Positions 18,866 through 28,022 of a stretch of DNA of 64,000 nt are shown here, piece after piece. Source of the DNA: Candidatus Latescibacterota bacterium. Lineage in GTDB: Bacteria > Latescibacterota > UBA2968 > UBA8231. How positions within the stretch are numbered: the stretch's first letter is position 1; each line of letters begins with the position of its first letter. Made by a program: the position numbers and the translations under genes. The stretch is taken from NCBI GenBank assembly GCA_965215195.1, contig CBDCDC010000002.1, forward strand, positions 2,496,001 to 2,560,000, given 5' to 3'. A model generated the notes under the pieces. It made no database searches, was not told where the DNA came from, and saw nothing but the letters and a program-made list of their open reading frames with translations.

Positions 18866-20085
18866 GCAAAAAGGACACTAGCGCGGTGGGGCTTTGGCTC
18901 ATTGCTCTGTGCGGTCTGCTAGCGGGCTGTTTTCTCTTTCCCACGGCTGTCAAGCGCGAGACCCTGCTGCTGCCGGTCGTCGAGTCCTCGGAAGCGGAAG
19001 GGGCCTATCGCCTGCAGGAGAATGGCGCAATCTCTTGGGAACTAGCCGGTCTGCGCCTCGAGGTGGAGCACATGACCGACGCCAAGCTCAACGCCCTCTT
19101 CCCCGACGAATCCGGGCGCGGCAAGTACTCGACCAATCCCTATACCTACGGCGACTGGATCGACACCCGCCTAGGTTATACGCCCAACCGCTTCACCGTT
19201 TTCAAGGTCACTATTTTTAACCGCACTCTGCCCAAAGTCATGCTCGACCCCTTGGCAGCCGTATTGGACACTGACCAAGGCCAGTTCCTGCGCGCCTATG
19301 GCATCACCTCGTCGTCGCCGCATGGCAATTTCGAAAACTACTACCGCTCGCAGCGGGGCCAGAGCGGCAACGAGTTCTATCGCTTCGAGCTGCGCATGGG
19401 CATGGTGCGCAGCTATAACTACGAGGAGGACCAGCCCATATTTAAGGGCGAGAATTACGGCGGTTTCATCGTCTTCGCTCCGCTTTATCCCGAAACCGAG
19501 GAAGTCGTGCTGACCCTGAAGGACTTTGTCTTGCGTTTCGGGGCTTTTGACAAACCCGTGCAAAAGCGGGATCTGCGCTTTGTCTTTGAGCACAAAGTGG
19601 AAGATCGCGTCGTGCAAAAGAGAGCAACCAGCGGCAAAATCGCCGAAACACTGATGATTTCCGAGAATGGCCCCAGCCGGATCATGGGCAATCTGCCCGG
19701 TGAGCGCACTCGCAGCCTGAGTGCCATTCGGGCCGTGGTGCGGCAGCGTTTGTCGGGTCTCAACCGCTGCTTCGTCCAAGCATTCGACAAAGGAGAGGCC
19801 GCCGCTGGCGCAGTGACTATGCGCTTCACCATTGAGGTGGGCGGAGCCGTTTCCGCGGCCAAGGTCACCAGCTCGAGCGTGAGCAGCCAAGCCGTGGGCC
19901 AGTGCATGCAACAAGAAATTATGCGGTGGGCCTTCCGGCCCATCGATATAGGGGCACTGCAAACGCCGGCGGCTGGCGCAGCAAGTGGAGAGAATGCGAG
20001 CGGTGCCGGAGCGCGGGCCCCACTACCCCGGTTGACGCCACTGCCTGTATTGGTGACGTATCCCTTCACTTTCGAGGTGGAATAG
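18862..20085 (+). CDS. lipoprotein with C-terminal AgmX/PglI (TonB-C-like) domain
   Basis: Lipobox LLAGC; C-terminal IRAVVRQR...LNRCF..GAVTMRFTI...G.V..VGQCM...RWAF..VTYPFTF. Confidence 0.7.
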   Translation: MSKKDTSAVGLWLIALCGLLAGCFLFPTAVKRETLLLPVVESSEAEGAYRLQENGAISWELAGLRLEVEHMTDAKLNALFPDESGRGKYSTNPYTYGDWIDTRLGYTPNRFTVFKVTIFNRTLPKVMLDPLAAVLDTDQGQFLRAYGITSSSPHGNFENYYRSQRGQSGNEFYRFELRMGMVRSYNYEEDQPIFKGENYGGFIVFAPLYPETEEVVLTLKDFVLRFGAFDKPVQKRDLRFVFEHKVEDRVVQKRATSGKIAETLMISENGPSRIMGNLPGERTRSLSAIRAVVRQRLSGLNRCFVQAFDKGEAAAGAVTMRFTIEVGGAVSAAKVTSSSVSSQAVGQCMQQEIMRWAFRPIDIGALQTPAAGAASGENASGAGARAPLPRLTPLPVLVTYPFTFEVE

Positions 20086-20525
20086 TGCCATCCAGCATCT
20101 TCTTTGCAACTTTCTTTTTGCTAGTCGCTTGCGGCCGCGAAGAAGTGCCGCTGCTCGCGGTGCATCAGATATTGCACAAAACCGGAGCAACCTTGCAGGA
20201 GCGCCTCGGCGAGCCGGATTTCGGCTTTGCGCGCTCCGAGAAAGTAACCACCCTCCAGTGGCGAGATGCCGATGGAGATAGCACTTGGGTTTACGTGGAT
20301 TTGCTACACGGCAGCGCGTCTTATGTGACCTATACCTTCAAAAACATGGACCCCTTTGATACGGCAGAGGCACTGCGGCGCATTGGCCTGTCCGTGCCGG
20401 AGCAAGAGCCAGAACACGTCTGGGAAAACGGCTCTAAGCGCTGGAAGCCCTTCGGCCAATACCACCGTTTGGTGGTCAATCCGGTTACCAAAGTCGTCAC
20501 TGTAAGCCTCAACTTCGAGCAATAG
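20085..20525 (+). CDS. hypothetical lipoprotein
   Basis: GTG overlaps the previous stop; lipobox LLVAC. Confidence 0.7.
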   Translation: MPSSIFFATFFLLVACGREEVPLLAVHQILHKTGATLQERLGEPDFGFARSEKVTTLQWRDADGDSTWVYVDLLHGSASYVTYTFKNMDPFDTAEALRRIGLSVPEQEPEHVWENGSKRWKPFGQYHRLVVNPVTKVVTVSLNFEQ

Positions 20526-20532
20526 CTGAAAA

Positions 20533-22584
20533 ATGAAAGTCATGCCAGCGGTAGTGGGTTTTGTTCTGGCGGTGCTTGCGCCCGCGGCGGCGGCCGAGTG
20601 GCAGATCGCGCAGTGGGAGCAGATCGTCTACTACCGGCTTACCTTCAATGCGGCTCAAGCGACACCGGCTGCCTTGCGCCTGACCGCAGTCGATGAATAC
20701 GAGGTTTTTCTCAACGGCGACTCAATGGGCCGCGATAGCGACTGGACGACCGTAGAGGAACTAGCGGTCGAACTGCAAGGCGGCCCTAACCATCTAGCCG
20801 TGCGCGTGGAAAACCGGGGACAGGGCAACGGCAGCGGTCTGATCGTCGAAGTGGTCGCTGGCGAACAGGTGTGGCTGAGTACTACCAGCGGTCTACAGGA
20901 GGTCTGGCGTTGGAGCGGCCATCCCCAGCAAGGCACCGACTGGCTGACTGCGGATGTCGGCGAGATAGCAGGGTGGACAACGGTGCAGCGCGGTCGGCTG
21001 GAGCGCCACCGGCTTTCCGGCTGGGACGACGCCCGCGCAGCGGAAGTAATCGCTGGCTATCCCGGGGGCGTTGACGTGGGCGGCGACGGGCTGAGCTTGC
21101 GCACGGTCGAGGGCGAAAACCTCGCACTGAGTCAGTCGGCAAACCGGCCGGAGGTATTTGACGGCCAAGCCGAAAGCGTCTGGACGATCGAACCCGACGA
21201 GCTGAACAGCTTTGCCCGCGTCGATCTGGGCATCCAGCGCTTGATAGGCGAAGTGCGGGTCTTTACCGCCGGAAAAAATGCCGCAGACTTTGCCGCCAAC
21301 ACCCTACAGGGATATGCCGTCGAGGTCAGCAACGACGGTTTTCAGTGGCGCGAAGTCGGCGCCATTAGCGGCATTGCCGATTTTGCGCAAACCGCCGTTG
21401 CCTTTGAGCCGATCTTCGGCCGCTTTTTGCGCGTGGTCGCCATCGAACTCGATCCACTGCGGCGGGCCCGCGTCGCCGATATTCAGGTGACCGGGCAGGG
21501 GGTGGCCCCGGCGGGCACTTTCACTTCGGCACCGCTGGACCTGGGCTTGCCCGGCCAGCGCAAGCTCTACGACCGCTTTCGCTGGACCGGACAGCGGCCC
21601 GCCGGCACCGCCCTGAGCGTGCAGTTCCGCACTTCGCACGACGGCCTCACCTGGAGCGACTGGAGCCCTGAGACCGACGCCCCAGAAGCCGCTGTGCAGG
21701 TGCCCGAACCGCGAGACTTGCTGCAATATCGGGTCAATTTCTCCACTGATTTCGAAGACGTCGGCCCGCGCCTAGACAGTCTGATCATTGCTTTCTCCGA
21801 GCAGACGCCCGCCTCGGCCGCCCGCGTGCGGGTGGAACCGAACCGGGGGGTAGTGGGGCGCGAGGCCGAATTCGTCTATCACCTCGAAGTCGAAATCGAA
21901 GAGGGCGATTTGGGCGTGGAGCGCATCCGCATCGCTATGCCGAGCCTAGCCGAAGTGACAGAAATTGTGCCACCCCCGGGGATGGAAGTCGCCCGCACCA
22001 CTATTGCGGGAGACGCGCTGGAGTTGGTATGGGCCGATCCCTGGCGCCAGTCTGGCCAGTTGCAACTGCGTTTCAGGGCGCGGTTGCTGACCAACCAGTT
22101 CGCCTTTTTCACGCGCCTTTTTAGCCCACAGGCAGCTATCTCACTCGATGCCGAGGAGAACGCCGCCTCTGATCCAGCCACCGGAGCCCGGTACTCTTGG
22201 AGTGTGCGGGCGCTCGACGCGTTTGGGCCGATATTGGACCAAGTGCGGACCAACCCGCCCGTTTTCACCCCCAACGGCGACCATATCAACGACCATACCG
22301 TCGTTGAATTCGTCCTCTCCCGGGTCAGTGTGCCGCAGAAAATCGACGTGGACATTTTCGACTTGGGGGGCCGCTTGGTGCGCCAGCTAAACACCGGCTC
22401 GCTGGGCGGCGGCCAATACGTGCGCCCTCCAGCCGGAGGCGACCCGGCGCTCAGCCCGGGTTTTTGGGACGGCCGCGACGACGACGGCACCTTGGTGGCA
22501 CCGGGCCTATACCTCGTGCGGGTGCGGGCCCAATTGGATCAGGGCGACAAAACCGCAGTATGCACCGCAGCGGTGCTGTACTGA
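20533..22584 (+). CDS. exported discoidin (F5/8C)-like protein with FlgD-Ig/T9SS-like C-terminal domain
   Basis: Signal peptide; YAVEVSNDGFQW..GRFLRV; C-terminal VFTPNGDHIND..IFDLGGRLVR..WDGRDDDG.LVAPGLY. Confidence 0.8.
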   Translation: MKVMPAVVGFVLAVLAPAAAAEWQIAQWEQIVYYRLTFNAAQATPAALRLTAVDEYEVFLNGDSMGRDSDWTTVEELAVELQGGPNHLAVRVENRGQGNGSGLIVEVVAGEQVWLSTTSGLQEVWRWSGHPQQGTDWLTADVGEIAGWTTVQRGRLERHRLSGWDDARAAEVIAGYPGGVDVGGDGLSLRTVEGENLALSQSANRPEVFDGQAESVWTIEPDELNSFARVDLGIQRLIGEVRVFTAGKNAADFAANTLQGYAVEVSNDGFQWREVGAISGIADFAQTAVAFEPIFGRFLRVVAIELDPLRRARVADIQVTGQGVAPAGTFTSAPLDLGLPGQRKLYDRFRWTGQRPAGTALSVQFRTSHDGLTWSDWSPETDAPEAAVQVPEPRDLLQYRVNFSTDFEDVGPRLDSLIIAFSEQTPASAARVRVEPNRGVVGREAEFVYHLEVEIEEGDLGVERIRIAMPSLAEVTEIVPPPGMEVARTTIAGDALELVWADPWRQSGQLQLRFRARLLTNQFAFFTRLFSPQAAISLDAEENAASDPATGARYSWSVRALDAFGPILDQVRTNPPVFTPNGDHINDHTVVEFVLSRVSVPQKIDVDIFDLGGRLVRQLNTGSLGGGQYVRPPAGGDPALSPGFWDGRDDDGTLVAPGLYLVRVRAQLDQGDKTAVCTAAVLY

Positions 22585-22585
22585 G

Positions 22586-25291
22586 ATGCGCTACCTTAAA
22601 ACAACCTGCCTGTTTTTGCTAGTGCTGAGCGGCTTTTTTGACCGCTCCCACGGCCAGTACCTCAACCGCGAATACTATCCCCTGTGGGCCAACGAGGAGT
22701 ACGAGAACTACGCTCATTTTTCCTACCGCGATATCCGTCTGCGGCGCCTAGCCGGCGGCTTCTTCCTCGACGAGGAGACGCGCGTTTACGACCCCTTTGG
22801 CTTCACCCTGCTCAACGGGGCCGATCTCTACCGCACCCAAGAATTCCGCACCATTTCGCCTTTTGGCGGCAGCATCATTTTTAAGGATGACGCCTACCGA
22901 GACCTTTTTCAGAATCTGGTCGTCGCCAGTGATTCCTATCAGGACTGGGGTTCGTCGGTCATCCTCGGCCGGGCCGTGGAGGCTCGCTTCAAGCCCATGA
23001 TGTTATCGATCAACCGCATGAATGGCATCCGCTGGGACTCCAATTCGCAGCGCAACCGCTTCACGGTGTTGGGCTCGCGCATTTCCGATCCCCTGCGCAA
23101 CTTCGCTTCTTCGCGGCCGCTCGACTTTGCGACCTATCTCTTCGGCGGACACTGGAAAACCCAGATCGGCAGCGTCTTGCAATTTGGTGCTTCGTACGTC
23201 AATACCCATATCACCGACACCTTGCTGGGGCGTCGGGAGGGCTCTTTCCGCAAAGGCGCTTTCCCCACCAACTTGGTCACACCCAGCGAAGTTTTTCTCG
23301 CCATCAGCGATGATTCGCCCGACGATGGCGTTGGTGCCCAAGTCCACGATGTACAGATGATCGTCAATGGCCAGCCCAGCCAGACAGCTCCAGAAGTGCG
23401 CCGAATCGCCGATCTGGTGTCCCTAGGCAAAGATCGGCGCATGATTTCCGCCCGTCTGCGTCTCGAAGACGTGCCACACCTGCGCCGCCGGCAGTCTTGG
23501 CTACCGCACACCGTTGGTTTCGGTAGTCTTTTCGGTTCGCGCGGCGGCCTGTTCAGCAGTGCCGAAGTAGTGGAGTTAGACGGCGAAGATGCCCTCCAAG
23601 CCGACGGCTACAGCGTATTGCTGTTCCGCTTTGCAGTGCCGCCCGAGGCCGAACATATCTCCTTTAGGGTCCTAGCGGCCAACGACTATGCCATCGACCT
23701 AGGGGCCCCCATCGGCCGGAGCGGCGTGGCCGGCTCAGCGTGGGAAGACTGGCGCAATGTGGTGCGGGCCGAGGGCAACGTCCGCAACGGTTCGAATATG
23801 GGCTGGGTTGAGTTCGACTACGGCTTCCCCTCGGGTCTGGAACTCTACGGCGCCAATCTCGAACTGGATCTGCTCGGCTTTGAAGTGCGCGGCGACCTCA
23901 ATACCAGCACCCACCACCTCATCTTTCCCGCCCAAGAGGGCCGCCGGCACAAGCGACCGGTACGCGCTTATTCGCTACAGGGCAAGCGCCTGTTGGCGAA
24001 CTTCGCCGTGGGCTGGGAGCTGTTCCGAGTACCACCCCAATACCGCACCTCTTTCACTTATTTCGACGAATTCGTACCCGCCCTGAAAGAATTCGCATTA
24101 GTCGATGACAACGACGATCTGGACCCTTGGCCCGATTCTTGGGAACACGACGATCCCCTAAACCTGCGCTTCCACAACGACATCACCGAGGCGGCCATTG
24201 AGGTCAAAGAAAACCTCTTTCCCGGCTCCCTGCGCGACGTCGGCTTCGGGGTATTCCCCGGCCTAGATGACAACGGCGACGGCATCTTCGACACCAATGT
24301 CAACGACAATCTGCTGCCCGACTACCAAGAGCCCTTTCTCATGTACTTCGTCGAGTCTGAAGACTTCGTGTACGGCGACGATTTCAACAACAACGGCGTG
24401 ATCGACTCGCGCGAAAACGACAACAAACCCGACTACCCGTACGAGCGCGACAGCAAAGGGCAGCACGTATTCTTTACCTTCAACCCCACTTCCCAGCTCG
24501 AGTTGCGGCTGGGCGGACACGCCATCGAACAAATTGCCGGGGGAGGGCGCAATCGCGCCTTGTACGCCAAACTCGAGTACAGCCGACCCCTGTTCGACCG
24601 CATCCACCTAAACCTGCGCCACCGCAGCAAACGCGTACAGGACGATATCCCCGACCCGCTCTACCAATACGCGTCCAATCCGCTGCTGCGGGGCCGCTAC
24701 GAAATCGGCTTGCGCGACGATCCCTTGCGTTACCGCAACAGCCATGCCCATCTGAGCTATGTGAAATTCAACTACACCGGCGTCGACCACCTGACGCTCA
24801 ACAATACTTGGCGCTGGGAACTCAACCACCGCTTTGCCGACGGCCAGACGCAAAATTCGGGCAATGACTGGTCTCTGGCCTTAGTAAATCGGGTCGACTA
24901 CGTCTGGCAGCCGCGCCAGCAACTGACCCTGACCCCCATGCTCAAATGGACCTATCGCCGCTCAGCCTCAGCACTACTGGGCGACCTAGTGGACGAGACC
25001 AATCTAGCGCCGATTGTGCGGCTCAATTTTTTCTTGACCAAACGCACCACCATAAAGGCCGGCATCCAAGGCTTTCCCCTCTTGAAGCATCGCTTGCGCG
25101 ATGCCGTGGCCCCCTCCGACGATTTCAATGCTTGGCACTATATCATCGGCTTGCACAACAATAGCAGCTACACCGGCTACCGGATCAGCATGAACCTAGG
25201 ACTGCGAAAATCCTTTACCGACTTTGTCCACTCCAGCACGACCGGCACGGTGGAGACTTCGGAGTTTTTCCTGCAGGTGAGGACGAATTGA
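22586..25291 (+). CDS. exported beta-rich protein with Asp-rich block, paralog 1 (putative outer-membrane protein)
   Basis: Signal peptide, amphipathic beta segments, GVFPGLDDNGDG..DTN.N.N..PDY.EPFL. Confidence 0.75.
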   Translation: MRYLKTTCLFLLVLSGFFDRSHGQYLNREYYPLWANEEYENYAHFSYRDIRLRRLAGGFFLDEETRVYDPFGFTLLNGADLYRTQEFRTISPFGGSIIFKDDAYRDLFQNLVVASDSYQDWGSSVILGRAVEARFKPMMLSINRMNGIRWDSNSQRNRFTVLGSRISDPLRNFASSRPLDFATYLFGGHWKTQIGSVLQFGASYVNTHITDTLLGRREGSFRKGAFPTNLVTPSEVFLAISDDSPDDGVGAQVHDVQMIVNGQPSQTAPEVRRIADLVSLGKDRRMISARLRLEDVPHLRRRQSWLPHTVGFGSLFGSRGGLFSSAEVVELDGEDALQADGYSVLLFRFAVPPEAEHISFRVLAANDYAIDLGAPIGRSGVAGSAWEDWRNVVRAEGNVRNGSNMGWVEFDYGFPSGLELYGANLELDLLGFEVRGDLNTSTHHLIFPAQEGRRHKRPVRAYSLQGKRLLANFAVGWELFRVPPQYRTSFTYFDEFVPALKEFALVDDNDDLDPWPDSWEHDDPLNLRFHNDITEAAIEVKENLFPGSLRDVGFGVFPGLDDNGDGIFDTNVNDNLLPDYQEPFLMYFVESEDFVYGDDFNNNGVIDSRENDNKPDYPYERDSKGQHVFFTFNPTSQLELRLGGHAIEQIAGGGRNRALYAKLEYSRPLFDRIHLNLRHRSKRVQDDIPDPLYQYASNPLLRGRYEIGLRDDPLRYRNSHAHLSYVKFNYTGVDHLTLNNTWRWELNHRFADGQTQNSGNDWSLALVNRVDYVWQPRQQLTLTPMLKWTYRRSASALLGDLVDETNLAPIVRLNFFLTKRTTIKAGIQGFPLLKHRLRDAVAPSDDFNAWHYIIGLHNNSSYTGYRISMNLGLRKSFTDFVHSSTTGTVETSEFFLQVRTN

Positions 25292-25295
25292 GTCC

Positions 25296-28022
25296 ATGCT
25301 GAAAGCGATCTCAATAGGCGCACTTATAGCGGCCCTAGCGACGATGGTGCGCGGCGAAGGCGAGCCTAGGCTTGTCGAGCCCCACACCACCGGCACCCGC
25401 CTGATGCTCTACCGCCCCGGCCTACTCACCTACGACAACTACGGCCTAGAGGGCTACCGGACTTGGCCGCGCAATGTCATCACGCGCACGGCCAACCCGG
25501 TGTACGACGAGTTCGGCGACTTTCTGGTAAACGGCGTTGAGGTGTACCACCTGCGGGAAAACCGCCGCTTCGACGATCCGGCCCAAGTATTCAGCGGCAG
25601 CACCATTGCCAAGCCGAACAATTACGAAGGGTTTCTCAACCGCCTGATGGTGGCCGACGACAGCTATAATAGCTGGCAGACGCGGCTGATCATCGGCGAT
25701 CGCATTCGCACCCACTTCTCGCCGTTGATCCTAGATCTGGCCGCCCTCAATGGCATCCGCTGGGACCTAGCCAGTGAAAGGCACAACTTCTCGGTCCTCG
25801 CCTCGCGCATGGACAGGCCCGTACTGTCCCAAGAGGACGCCAGCGCCCTGAGCACGGCCGCCTTTGCCTCGTACCTGTTGGGCGGCCACTGGCAATGGCG
25901 CTGGCGCACCATTGACCTGAGTACCTCTTATGTCAATCTCTTCCGCATTGACACCCGCTCGCCGCCCGATTGGAACGGCATGAAGGGTCAGTTGCCCAAC
26001 CGAGTACAGGTAATCGACTACTTGGTGGTGCGCATTGAAGACACCTCGCCTTTGGACGGCGACGGGGCCCGGGTCTTTGCCGTCAATATCCTGCTCAACG
26101 GCGAGCGGCGAGACGACATTGAGCCTTTTGTCACGCGCCACAACACCGAGGATTTTAATCCTAACTTTCCCAACAAGGACTTCTTCTTCAAACGGCCGAT
26201 TCCGCCCTACGTGGAAGTGTTGCAGGGCCGCCGCTTGGGCACCTATCCGCTGCAGCCCCCCGAACCCGGTGGTTTTTTCCGCGCCGATGGCAAGAACTAT
26301 GTCCTGTTCTGGTTCCCGCTGCCCGAGGACGAGGAAGTGGTGTCGGCCTCCTTCGAGGCCCTGCTGAGCGGCAATTATCGCGTCAGCGCGTCGGAGGTCT
26401 ACGCGGTTGACCCGCGCGAATCCCGCAGTGAACCGGCTCAGCGCAACCGCGCAACTTTTTACAAAAGTTTGGCCGGCGCCAAAGGACGCGGGTCCGCCGG
26501 CGCCGATATTGAGCAGATCCGCTTTGACTACGGCCGCCAGACCGGACTCACCTTGGCGGGCCTAGGCCTGAGCACGGACGTAAAAGGCTTCCGCTTCAAG
26601 GGCGAGTGGGCCCACAGCTTCAACTTCCTCCAGTACCCCGTCCACGATCACCGCGGCCGGCGTCACGACCGCGGTGGCCACGCCTATCTGTTCAATATCG
26701 AGCGGGAATTAACCCGGAAAATTGCCGTGGGCGGGGAGCTATTTCGCCTCGACCCCGAGTACCGGACGCAGCTTTCGGTGACCGACCTGACGCTGGGGGC
26801 CTACGCGGCCGCTGGCACCGGGCCATTCGCCGGTGCGCTAGGTTCGACCGACGAGAGCCTGAACAATACCCTCGACCTGAACACCGTTGACGACAACGAC
26901 GACAAGGATCCTTTTCCAGACGATTTCTTTATACCCAGTTTCGAGGACCAAAACGGGGTTTTCCCCGGCCTAGACAAGGACCAAGACGGCACCCCCGACA
27001 CCAACCGCAATCGCAACCAAGTACCCGATTACTTCGAGCCCTTTTTGCTCTACGACGTCGATCCCGACGACTTCGACTACGGCGACGACCTGAACAACAA
27101 TGGCGTCATTGACGTGCGCGAAAACGACGACAAGCCGGACTACCCGTACGACCTCAACCGCCAAGGCTACCACGTCTTTGTGCGCCTTCAGCCCCAGCGC
27201 GTACTGGAACTGACCTTCGGGCGCTACGATATGGAAGCCATCTGGGGCGGCCAACGGGCGGATGTGTGGTACGCCAAAGCCGAGTACCAGCGGCGCTTCG
27301 GTAGCTGGGGCCAACTGCGGGCCGTGGACTTCTTCAAGCGGGTGCAGGACGATATTCCCGACGGGGTATTCCGCTTTGGCGACGTAGCCAATTTCGCCAT
27401 CTTTAATCCGCGTGCCACCATTGAAACTTTTGTCGAAGACGAGTTGTTGCTGCAGGACAGCGCCGTCAACACCGCCTTCATCGACTTCGCCTTTCGGGGG
27501 GTGCGCAACCTCTTTATCGGGACCAATCTCAAGTTTGAAGTCAACCGGCAGCTCACTGCCAACAGCGGCGACAATGCGATTCAGCTATGGACCTCGGTGT
27601 TGCGCGCAGATTACCGCTGGCGCTTGGGCGGGCTAGAAGTATCGCCGCGCTACAAGCTCATGCTGCGCCGCCGCACCGACGCCGCCGGGCGCATTCAGCC
27701 GCTGTCCGAGGTCTTCGGCTTTCCCATGATAGTGGCCGACTTCAAATTCACCGAGCGCACCTTCCTGCGCGGCGGCCTCCAGGGGCTATCCGCGCTGCCT
27801 AGCATCTACCGCAATGGCCAAAATCAGGACCAAGACTACAACACCCGCGATGCGCTCTTCATGCTGGTCAATCGCTTTGAATACGCTGGTTTCGACATGG
27901 CGCTTACGGCCGGCTACGAGATTAGCCGACGCCGCATGAAGGACCGCACGCGGAAATTCGCGGATATTGATTTCGAACAGTTTTTTATCCGCATGGTCGT
28001 GGGACTGGAGCCGGTGCAATAA
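25296..28022 (+). CDS. exported beta-rich protein with Asp-rich block, paralog 2
   Basis: Same conserved blocks as 22586..25291. Confidence 0.75.
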   Translation: MLKAISIGALIAALATMVRGEGEPRLVEPHTTGTRLMLYRPGLLTYDNYGLEGYRTWPRNVITRTANPVYDEFGDFLVNGVEVYHLRENRRFDDPAQVFSGSTIAKPNNYEGFLNRLMVADDSYNSWQTRLIIGDRIRTHFSPLILDLAALNGIRWDLASERHNFSVLASRMDRPVLSQEDASALSTAAFASYLLGGHWQWRWRTIDLSTSYVNLFRIDTRSPPDWNGMKGQLPNRVQVIDYLVVRIEDTSPLDGDGARVFAVNILLNGERRDDIEPFVTRHNTEDFNPNFPNKDFFFKRPIPPYVEVLQGRRLGTYPLQPPEPGGFFRADGKNYVLFWFPLPEDEEVVSASFEALLSGNYRVSASEVYAVDPRESRSEPAQRNRATFYKSLAGAKGRGSAGADIEQIRFDYGRQTGLTLAGLGLSTDVKGFRFKGEWAHSFNFLQYPVHDHRGRRHDRGGHAYLFNIERELTRKIAVGGELFRLDPEYRTQLSVTDLTLGAYAAAGTGPFAGALGSTDESLNNTLDLNTVDDNDDKDPFPDDFFIPSFEDQNGVFPGLDKDQDGTPDTNRNRNQVPDYFEPFLLYDVDPDDFDYGDDLNNNGVIDVRENDDKPDYPYDLNRQGYHVFVRLQPQRVLELTFGRYDMEAIWGGQRADVWYAKAEYQRRFGSWGQLRAVDFFKRVQDDIPDGVFRFGDVANFAIFNPRATIETFVEDELLLQDSAVNTAFIDFAFRGVRNLFIGTNLKFEVNRQLTANSGDNAIQLWTSVLRADYRWRLGGLEVSPRYKLMLRRRTDAAGRIQPLSEVFGFPMIVADFKFTERTFLRGGLQGLSALPSIYRNGQNQDQDYNTRDALFMLVNRFEYAGFDMALTAGYEISRRRMKDRTRKFADIDFEQFFIRMVVGLEPVQ

